Shown in pieces: positions 1 through 8,600 of a DNA stretch of 64,000 nt. This DNA is from Promethearchaeota archaeon. GTDB taxonomy: Archaea > Asgardarchaeota > Hermodarchaeia > Hermodarchaeales > Hermodarchaeaceae. A model generated the notes under the pieces. It was not told the DNA's origin and ran no database searches. It worked only from the letters and a program-made list of their open reading frames with translations. Location: assembly GCA_048939245.1 (NCBI GenBank), contig JBHLPR010000001.1, positions 82,622 to 146,621 of the forward strand, in the 5' to 3' direction. The position numbers and the translations under genes are program-made. Every line of letters begins with the position of its first letter. The first letter of the stretch is position 1.

Positions 1-2781
1 TGGAACTAGGCTACTTAACTTGGGAACCGTATTCACACCCGTTTCAGTCCAACGACTGAGAATTTGTCCTGAAGCGCTCAATTTGTATACGATTCCTTGG
101 AATGGATCAAAACAGAAAAAGCTACCATCCTGATTTCGATGTAAATCTCTAACACTCGAATCAGTTGTTGGAGCAGTTAGCGTCTTTATCATTTGAGTTG
201 ATGATAAACTCCAGATAGAAAGTCCCAAATTAACATCAATGACCGTAAGATATCCATTATCCGCTGTAACAGAATAGATGAATTGAAATTGACTTGCCCC
301 TGCTCCAGATTCACCCCAGGTCCTCAAGAGGGTACCTTCCATTGAATACTCATAGAATACAGGGGTGCTGTCACAGGCGACAATGATTTTCTTTTCTAGC
401 TCATCGATAGTCAAATCTTGAATAAATACATTTGAAGGAGGTATCATCCAATAAGCCACCTCTGTACCATTTACATCGATTTTTCTAATTTCATTCTCAT
501 AGAATTCAATAAGCGAATTGTTCCAGTATTCTATTTCACAAACTTCCTCCGTTCCTATTTGTTGAAGCCCATTGGTCGTAGTATTGAAGCCGTAAATAAA
601 TCCTGAATAATAATCGTAATCGGAAACAACAAGGTAGAAGGTATCTTCTCCATTAAAACAGATGTCTAAAATATGATCCCAGCCCATTGATGGAAAAAGG
701 AGCCATTTCTCTCGTTTGTCATACTGTTGAAGAATATCTTCGGATTCGAGATGGAGAAAGCTGTTTGTCCAAAGAGGCCGTTCAGGTGGGTTGATTAATA
801 GTAAGGCTTCCCATTCTTGGTCTGTTAACCGATTATTAATTGGTTGGGTAAATTCGTAATAGCTGAAGACAAGCCCCACAAAAATTAACGGGTTATCTCC
901 TGGAAGCTCATGAATCACTAACAATGGGTTAAATGGTCCTACTCCTTCCTCTAAAACACGGTCAGATTCCCAGTCGGAAAAAATATCGGCGACGAGCATG
1001 GGTTCCTTATTCCCATACTTGCCTGGACCTTCCCCAAAATCTCGAAGGAGCTCCTCTTCAAGAGTCGCTAGTGGAATCCCGTCTTTGACTTTTTGGGCAA
1101 TATTCTCATAAGAATTCACTTCGCCAGCCAGAAAGTTAAGATGTTGGCTGATGCGACTTGTGGTGAGGTTTGTTTCTATGAGAAGCGTGTGAAGATGAGA
1201 AATAAGCTCACGTAGTTCTGAGTAAAACTCTGGTATGGGTTCAGCAATTGCTGCTGCTGACGGAACTCCATAGCTTCCCCCTTGCTTAGCATAGAGTATA
1301 TAATCGTGGCGAAGCTGTGTATACGAACCTAAGGCGGTGTTGAGCTTTTCATCTAACCAAGCTGTTGTGTTCATGAAAGCTGGATAAGAATCATCAAAAG
1401 GTTCTACAAGCGTTGCAAGAAGTTTAAACCAATTTGTGTAAATACATGACTGCCAATCGGTTTCAGTATAATTCGCTTCTATATCAGCTCTCAATGCCCG
1501 AAGTGTGGGTTCTAATGCTGGGTAAGCTTTTGTCTGTTCAGTTATCAATTCTAAGGCACGTTGAGATCCTGCCATGGTATACATTGATTCTAACGCTGTG
1601 GGTAACATCCTCCCCATAATATTCGGGTCTGTGGTCTGTTGATATGCTGCTCCGTCAGGAATCCAACGTTCACCCATCACCTGACAATATTTCGAAGGAC
1701 TCATCCCCGCGATTGGGACTATCTGTGATACCGGGTAGACCTCCTTTTGAAATTCTTCTTTTAGTAAAGTGACATTCGCTTCAGACTCTAATATATTTGG
1801 TACAAAAGAGAGTCCAAACACTGAATCAACAGCGTATTGGATGAGTGTCGGTGTAACGCTATCTGCATAACCAGCAAAACGTCCAGTTACATTATAAATC
1901 ACCGACCATAAATCGCCTATCCGGCTGTCTCGGAGCATCTCTGAGAAAAGGACAGCCTGACGGATATGGCGTGAAGTAAGTGAAAGACAAAATGTATCGT
2001 CCAATTGGAAAATGCGACGACCCAACCATTTCATACACCGAAAATAAGCTTCAAGAGTGGCGTTCCCCGCATAATGCCCGCGGGGTTTGTATTGCGTATA
2101 ATCTTCACCAGGATAGTACTGAACTAATGATGCATCAAGAATATTGGTAACAAATGAATCTACGTCACTGGATGCATATCCTGGAACTGGCCAGCTATCA
2201 TTTAACAAACGACAAGCAACAGAAAACAATACAACATTCCCATACACAGCAGCAGTCACATTGAGCAAGGTGGGAGGTAATGCTGCATACATCACAACAC
2301 TCGCATTCTGCAACTCATGAACTAAAATCTCAAGCATTCCAATAAGATGGCCTGCCTCAACCATTTTCAAGATATCTTCATGTACAACATGGAATGCATG
2401 AAGCCATGCATCCGTGGTAACGATAATTGGAATATCCCTCTGAACCCAGTCAGAGTAAACCTCTCCCAATGACTCATATCTATGATTCCCCAGAACTAGC
2501 ACTCCTTCGGTAAGTAATCGTGCTTCTTCGTCTGGTGAAAGATCAAACAGGGTTCGGATATCATTTAGATTGGAAGGCTGGGGAAACGGCAAGTCTATCT
2601 TCATCGCTTTTTGGTTTCTGATACCGGCTGAATTGGATGAAGACGATCCCAAAGCGAGAGTCCAAACTGGCAAAAATAGGCTACACGCGAGAAGGTGCAC
2701 TAAAAAGACCGACCACCTTCTACGACGTAAACTCCTCAAAGTAATCCCACTAAGTATCCAACTGCACTCATTCTTATTCAT
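1..2781 (-). CDS. DUF3160-family secreted/anchored protein with C-terminal NHL-like beta-propeller repeats (3' end cut by window edge)
   Basis: This ORF is absent from the supplied track because the frame runs off the window edge. My own minus-strand translation from the ATG (complement of 2779-2781) stays open to position 1, giving 927 codons. The N-terminus RRRRWSVFLVHLLACSLFLPVWTLALG looks like a signal or anchor. QYKPRGHY and YTQLRHDYILYAKQ are hallmark DUF3160 motifs. The distal part carries an NHL-like repeat (WGESGAGASQFQFIYSVTADNGYLTVID). Confidence 0.7.
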   Translation of the reverse strand, partial: MNKNECSWILSGITLRSLRRRRWSVFLVHLLACSLFLPVWTLALGSSSSNSAGIRNQKAMKIDLPFPQPSNLNDIRTLFDLSPDEEARLLTEGVLVLGNHRYESLGEVYSDWVQRDIPIIVTTDAWLHAFHVVHEDILKMVEAGHLIGMLEILVHELQNASVVMYAALPPTLLNVTAAVYGNVVLFSVACRLLNDSWPVPGYASSDVDSFVTNILDASLVQYYPGEDYTQYKPRGHYAGNATLEAYFRCMKWLGRRIFQLDDTFCLSLTSRHIRQAVLFSEMLRDSRIGDLWSVIYNVTGRFAGYADSVTPTLIQYAVDSVFGLSFVPNILESEANVTLLKEEFQKEVYPVSQIVPIAGMSPSKYCQVMGERWIPDGAAYQQTTDPNIMGRMLPTALESMYTMAGSQRALELITEQTKAYPALEPTLRALRADIEANYTETDWQSCIYTNWFKLLATLVEPFDDSYPAFMNTTAWLDEKLNTALGSYTQLRHDYILYAKQGGSYGVPSAAAIAEPIPEFYSELRELISHLHTLLIETNLTTSRISQHLNFLAGEVNSYENIAQKVKDGIPLATLEEELLRDFGEGPGKYGNKEPMLVADIFSDWESDRVLEEGVGPFNPLLVIHELPGDNPLIFVGLVFSYYEFTQPINNRLTDQEWEALLLINPPERPLWTNSFLHLESEDILQQYDKREKWLLFPSMGWDHILDICFNGEDTFYLVVSDYDYYSGFIYGFNTTTNGLQQIGTEEVCEIEYWNNSLIEFYENEIRKIDVNGTEVAYWMIPPSNVFIQDLTIDELEKKIIVACDSTPVFYEYSMEGTLLRTWGESGAGASQFQFIYSVTADNGYLTVIDVNLGLSIWSLSSTQMIKTLTAPTTDSSVRDLHRNQDGSFFCFDPFQGIVYKLSASGQILSRWTETGVNTVPKLSSLVP

Positions 2782-2845
2782 TCAGGGTTTTTATAATTAG
2801 TTCTTGTGTTCGATTCTATCTTCACAAGCTTGGCTAGTCAATCCA

Positions 2846-3811
2846 TTATTTGCTCTCAGTATCCTTCTTAGACGTGAAGAATTGGGTGAGGGCTGGTCGG
2901 GTGGGTTTGTAGTCTTTCTCGATTAGACCACTGTCTATGAATTTTTTCAACTGCAGAGCTTGTTCGATTCGGAAATCAAGACCATTGTGCTCATCTGATT
3001 TGGATTCACACACAATGCTCACTTTATCAATGAAATTCTGTTCGCGAAGAACGGATAGAAACAGCTTCCAGGGGACATTACTCCCCCCATTCAATGGAGC
3101 ATGACGTACTTCCCCCCATCGGTTCGCAAAAATGCCTGAAAGATGTATTGGGAGGCGCCAGCGTGATAGGTCAATCTGTTGCTCAATGAGTTCCAGCCGT
3201 CGTAGAATACCACCTTCCGAAGTAACATCTCCACCGCGGGCGAAATCATGAGCAAAATCCCAGCAGAAAAGGCATCCTGCTTCTCCTGCAACTTCACAGA
3301 CTTCGTCGAAGCTTCCAAAACCAGCAATCTTTCCAGCCACTTCAGGGGCGGGGACAGCAGTGATCTGATCATCTTCTATCTTTGTCATGATTTCTTTTAA
3401 TCGTCGTAAGACTCGATGTTTCGCTTTGGTCTTTTTGTACCGTGAACCGGGATGGAAGGTAACATGTGTTGCTCCTATAAGGTCAGCGATATGTAAGCAA
3501 CGAGTCATGTGGGCGCGACTGGTTCGGAGCTTTCCCTTTTCCCTAGTGGTCAAGGAGATAACATAGGGACCATGGATACTGACATGGAAGTCTTGGAGTT
3601 GATTCCCAATATTCTTCGCCCGTTCTTTGGAAGGATAACCGGGTAAGCCACCCCGGGGATTCCCTAGGACATTAGAGAGGCATAGAAGTTCGGTAGCTCT
3701 CAGCTCTTCAGCTCGCAGTCGGACTAATACCTGGTTGATGATTGAATCTGACGTGAAGGTGCTTAATGGGAAGGCTGCGAGTCCCACGATGGATTTAGGG
3801 GCTTTTAGCAC
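2846..3811 (-). CDS. Endonuclease IV-like / xylose-isomerase-like TIM-barrel protein
   Basis: The 321-aa ORF starts with GTG. Its motif series resembles the AP endonuclease 2 (Nfo) family: IHGPYVISL, HVTFHPGS, APEVAGK, FCWDFAHDFARGG, IHLSG, RHAPLNGG. Confidence 0.55.
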   Translation of the reverse strand: MLKAPKSIVGLAAFPLSTFTSDSIINQVLVRLRAEELRATELLCLSNVLGNPRGGLPGYPSKERAKNIGNQLQDFHVSIHGPYVISLTTREKGKLRTSRAHMTRCLHIADLIGATHVTFHPGSRYKKTKAKHRVLRRLKEIMTKIEDDQITAVPAPEVAGKIAGFGSFDEVCEVAGEAGCLFCWDFAHDFARGGDVTSEGGILRRLELIEQQIDLSRWRLPIHLSGIFANRWGEVRHAPLNGGSNVPWKLFLSVLREQNFIDKVSIVCESKSDEHNGLDFRIEQALQLKKFIDSGLIEKDYKPTRPALTQFFTSKKDTESK

Positions 3812-4113
3812 GGTGTGTTCGCCTATCTGTGTTTGGTGCGAGTCTGCCTTTAAGTGTGCGGAATAAGGGATTTGATGTATCTACGGGGAAGCAGTTGGCT
3901 TCTGATTGAATTCGAAAGGTTTATATTTGTGAACGATTCTAATCTTCTAAAGAACGAAAAATTTCTATCGTTTGGTAAACGTCTACAATCGTAAAATAAC
4001 CGAACGGAGTCGAATGATATGAAGAAAAAATATGATACTGAATGCTGTGTTAGAGAGAAAATGCTTGCGCAAATTTACCGTTATAGGCGTATTTGCTAGG
4101 GGTTGAAAGTGAA

Positions 4114-4836
4114 ATGTCTTGGTTTGGACGAAAGAAAGACAAAGAAGGAGATTCGAAAGAAGAACTTCGGGAAGAAATGGAACGCTTAGAAAAACAGATG
4201 CAAGATCTGCGAAAACGGTTAGAGAAAGAGGGAAAGACCCCCGAACATGATGAACCTCGGGAATCCCGGGAACATCCAAGATCGTCCAGGTCTCGAAAAG
4301 GTGTTCGAGTTGCATTTGATAATGAAGCCTTTGGTGATGAAATGGCAGAGTTTGGTCGGCAGATGGGTGCTGCGGGTAAGGAATTAGGCGACTACATTAA
4401 GCTAGTGGTTTCCGATGCTATGCGTGGGGCCAATCGCGCTATGCGAAGCGTGTTTATTGGACCGGATGGTGCTCGGTTAAATATTGATGAAGCTGGAGTC
4501 GCTTTTGGCAAATCTGCTGGTGAAGCTCTTCGAAAGGTACCAGCCAATCAGGCGGAACGGTTACTTTCACCGCTAGCCAGTGCAGAGCGAATTGAACTTT
4601 TGTATTTGCTTGCAGAAGAACCCCGCTACCATCAAGATCTTATGGAGTTATCTGGATTAAAGCCAGGGACACTCCCTCATCATCTTAAGCAATTAGAAGA
4701 AGCCGGGTATGTCACCCAGGAACGGGTGCGAGGACGTTATCTGATTACAATCCCTGGTCGTATGGCGTTAAAACTTGCAGAGTATCTCCATAATCAGATG
4801 GTTTCAGGAATTGGAAAGGGTACGGAAGAAGACTAA
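4114..4836 (+). CDS. ArsR/SmtB-family winged-helix regulator with long charged coiled-coil N-terminal region
   Basis: The C-terminal segment ERIELLYLLAEEPRYHQDLMELSGLKPGTLPHHLKQLEEAGYVTQERVRGRYLITIP is an ArsR-type wHTH. The N-terminal ~160 aa are Lys/Glu/Arg-rich. I placed the start at the first ATG (MSWFGRKK); the track ORF opens at 4093. Confidence 0.7.
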   Translation: MSWFGRKKDKEGDSKEELREEMERLEKQMQDLRKRLEKEGKTPEHDEPRESREHPRSSRSRKGVRVAFDNEAFGDEMAEFGRQMGAAGKELGDYIKLVVSDAMRGANRAMRSVFIGPDGARLNIDEAGVAFGKSAGEALRKVPANQAERLLSPLASAERIELLYLLAEEPRYHQDLMELSGLKPGTLPHHLKQLEEAGYVTQERVRGRYLITIPGRMALKLAEYLHNQMVSGIGKGTEED

Positions 4837-4851
4837 TGAGTGTGATGTCAA

Positions 4852-5490
4852 ATGAGTTCTAGTTCAACTTGGGGTAATCGGGACCAAGAATTGGTTCTTG
4901 GGGCATTAGCTGGAAAGGTGGTTCACCCGACAGATATTGCGCAATCAGAGAAAGCCTTGCTCAGCGTTAATGAGGGCACACTCTATTTTCCGATTTTCTA
5001 TCAACAGAAGGAAGTTGGCGGGGTCTTCATAGGATTTGGTCAAGCTATTATTGATGCCATTGCTGAAACCCATCGGGGTGCGGTCGGACGAAGTCACAGT
5101 TTTAATTGGAATGGTAGTCTTCTTTTGTTATGTGAAGACGGCGAATGGACACCACCTAGTACTTCCCATCCGAAAGAGAAGGATTTGAACCAATTTCATT
5201 TGGAATCCGCTGATGACGCTTATGAAAGGGCCCAGGAAATATTCAACCGGTTCTTTGTGAATAATCGAAACTGGTTTACAGACACCTTCATCCAACGGCA
5301 TCGTGGCTGGGTTGCAACTATCTTAGACACCCAATATGGGAAATGTGGAATAATTGCTAGTGAGAATCGATTAGTGTTCAAGAAAGGCGATCTGAAAATT
5401 GTATTGAGTGGTAATAAACTGGTACAAGTAGAAGGTCGTAAGAAAGTCTTTGTCGCTGGAAGAGCTGGAAAAATCGTCCGCTTCGGTTAA
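4852..5490 (+). CDS. Hypothetical protein (212 aa), no recognisable domain
   Basis: Clean ORF 15 bp downstream of the ArsR-like gene and in the same orientation. A hairpin plus T-run terminator follows it. Confidence 0.5.
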   Translation: MSSSSTWGNRDQELVLGALAGKVVHPTDIAQSEKALLSVNEGTLYFPIFYQQKEVGGVFIGFGQAIIDAIAETHRGAVGRSHSFNWNGSLLLLCEDGEWTPPSTSHPKEKDLNQFHLESADDAYERAQEIFNRFFVNNRNWFTDTFIQRHRGWVATILDTQYGKCGIIASENRLVFKKGDLKIVLSGNKLVQVEGRKKVFVAGRAGKIVRFG

Positions 5491-5549
5491 TCATAGGTAG
5501 GTCCGAAGCGGGCCTCTCTTCCCACTTTTTAAATTTTAGTAGTTTTTTT
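5478..5549 (+). terminator. Putative terminator (9-bp stem ccgcttcgg/ccgaagcgg spanning the stop codon, followed by T5 and T7 runs)
   Basis: The inverted repeat lies at 5478-5486 / 5503-5511. T-runs lie at 5526-5530 and 5543-5549. Archaeal termination is typically oligo-T dependent. Confidence 0.45.
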
Positions 5550-5680
5550 AGAGCAATATCCGAGTCCAACTGTGAGTCAGTGGAAGAGCTTTTGAGGAGA
5601 AACATCCATGAACAGATGAATTTCGTCTGTGCTTCATCTCCGAAGACGGTGACGAGTCGGGCCTAAAGGAGTATTGCATC

Positions 5681-8600
5681 ATGGCATCATCAGATCATGA
5701 TACTTTAGTGAAAGCGTATAATGCACTTTTCCAAACTGCACGAGATGACCTTCAAGAAATTGCTAAACATCTTACTAAAGCAAAAGGACAAGGCCTTCTG
5801 GATATCTTGGAACAAATTTCTGAATTGCTTCAACGAATTGAATCGGCGTCGGAAGTTCCGCAGCTTGAAATTGAGGTTGCCCGGTCGATTGCTCGTGACT
5901 ATGACACAATTGCCCAGCGTTGGCGAGAGCTAGAACAATATTTTGCAGACCAGATTCATTATGATGATTATGTATACCGTTCTGATGAAGAACGGGCTGA
6001 AGCAGCTGAGAAAGCCCTCAGCGTGATTCATGGCCAAGCGTTGCAGGCATTGGACGCTGCAGGAACAATGTTTGGCATTGCACGCGAATGGCGACGTGCT
6101 GCTAAAAGTTTCAGTACTGTAGTTCAGGCTCGAAAAACAGCTGCTGCTCCTTTGACTGCTATTCCGGCAATAATTCGCGAATACCGGTGTTATGAGCACC
6201 TTGACGATTCGGCGAACGTGTTGATAATTGGCCGAGCAATTCAGAAATTGCTGAATAGCGTGTCTGAGGATCTTTCTACTGACGATATCGCCATACTAAG
6301 AGAGGCTGTGGGCTTCTTCCGGAAAACTGCTATGACAGCGGTATCAAACCGACAGAAGGACCCTGATGTGAATATTCCTATTGCTGCTGTATATCTCTGG
6401 AATGAAGCCGAGGCGTTAGCTCTTATTACTCCACCAGACGATGATACAACGCTTAATCGATTTCGAGCACTTGCGGAATTCTTTGAACAGATTGGAAAAG
6501 AAGAACTGACTAAATCGGAACCTTCTATTCAGCGCTTTGTTGCCAGTTATATGGAAGGGGCTTTTGCTTATTTACGCATTACACGCGACTTCGAAGGATT
6601 CACAGTTGAAGAAGCTAAACAACACTGTCTTCATCTTACAAAGTTTGCTGCGGATTTCGTTCTCACCTTGATGGAACGACTGGGATACCAACGGGTAGCG
6701 GTCGTGGAGGATTCAGCAAAAGCGGTGAAAGGGCTCATCGCGATTTTCGAGATGGTTAAACGAGGATATCAGGGCTCAAAGGCTTTTGAAGAATTGGCCA
6801 CGCAAGCAGGGACGATCCTTGTTCAAGCACAACAACGCCAAGATCAACCACTCATTGACCTAGCAATGGTCTATCGCTGGCTTTGTGAAGGTTCAGCCCG
6901 GGGTTTATACGTTATCTGCTTGAAACTCATTGCTGATCTCTACCGAGTAGGAATTGTAAGTGATGTCTTAGATATTGGATCCAAAGAAGAACTTCGTCAA
7001 AGAATTCTCGACCTCGTTGCGGTTTCAGATCAGGATGAATTATTTGATTTACTAATCGATGCAGAAGTTGAATTCGATGATGTCGTCGATTTGTTCAAAA
7101 GCTTGGATCTTTATTGGGTTGCCGCTATCTGTAAACTCTGTCAAGGGCAACTTCGACAAGATCTCAGTTATCTTGAGGCGGAAACAGAAACAATCCTTTC
7201 CCCCGGAACTTCAGGGGCTACCGAAGATGAAGGGGATGAAGTGGATGCCATGCCATTTTGGGGAGCAGCACCATCTCGAGACTTTACTACTGCCGCAGAG
7301 TTATTCTCTCAAGCCTATCGACTTCAACGTGGTTTCGAAGAAAGTGTCTATGATGAAACAAAGGAATCTTGGATGCCCTATCGTGATCCAGACGATATTC
7401 GGCGAAGAGCCGCTTATAGCAGCTGGCTAGCTGGACTGGCAAATCTGGAAGAAGGCAATACTGAGGATGGTGGACGCGCCCTATTTAGTGCTAAAAATGC
7501 TTACGAATTGTTAAATCGGCATCATGAAGCGATTTCCTGCCTAGAAGTATGGCTAAAAGAACTCGTAACTACCATTAGCTCTGATGAGGGAGGTGGCGCA
7601 CGACCAACTGAAGAACGATTACAAGAAGTTCTGAATGTCTGCGATGAACTAGTTGGATTATACTCTATTCGTCGCAAAACATCAGATACCGTGACAGACA
7701 TTCTTAACATTGTTGGATTCCTTCAAACCCATGTTGGACTAGAAAATTGGACATTAGATGTATTTCTTCGTGCCCTCGAATATACACGTGAATCCCTCAA
7801 AATCGCTTACCCCCTTGGTATTCCCAACACCTCTTTAGAAAAACTGCGCTTCCTACGAGATGAACTCAAAGAATTCCTTAATGGCGATTTCGCAATCGGA
7901 ATTTACCCCGATTTCAGAACCGAAACAACGATCTATTTTGAAGCTGAGACTCCAGTCAAACTTGCTGTTCTTAATGTTTCAGCAAAAGAAGCTGCAAATC
8001 TGAGCGTTCGCCCCATGGGCGTTCTTCCTCATATTTCTCCAAGTAGCACCCAACCATGGAAAGCCTCTAGGGATTCATCACAGGTTACAATGAAAAACTT
8101 CTACATCGGATCAGATGATGATGCTTTTGAGATTTCTGACACAGTCTATTATAGAAAACCAGCTGATGCCTTTGGTCCACCTCGTCCGATTCCTGTCGCA
8201 CTCGATAGTGCAGTCACTCCTGACCTAGAGTCTGATTCTCCTTCTGAGCAGATTTCAGGTGAACAACCCTGGCTAGGAGTAATGTGGACAGGAGACTACA
8301 GTGGATTGGCGCTGGGTACGCTTAAGGGTGTCACTGAAGAACCTGCTGGCCCCGAAACACCCATTTTAACCATAGATGAATTAAAACAAGCTGCATTTTT
8401 CACCGTCTTTACAAAGTCCGCTCGCGAAGGTAATATTCTACCAGGTCAAGTATTTCCCGTAAGTTTTGGAATCTATCGTCATGGAACAGATGACCTTCTC
8501 GGCATTCAAACCTTATTCTTTAAGATCGCTAGTCGTCCGAAAATCCTTAAAGCGGAAACAAACTGGGCTGAGAATATTGGCGATAGATGGGAAGAAACCT

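Noticed and set aside
2570-2800. 76-aa plus-strand ORF at the 5' end of the DUF3160 gene.
   Set aside because: It is antisense to the signal-peptide region of the long minus-strand frame and has no supporting features.
4019-4099. 26-codon Cys-containing mini-ORF (MKKKYDTECCVREKMLAQIYRYRRIC) with a GGAG upstream, located in the leader of the ArsR-like gene.
   Set aside because: It is too short and unsupported to call. It could be chance in an AT-rich spacer.
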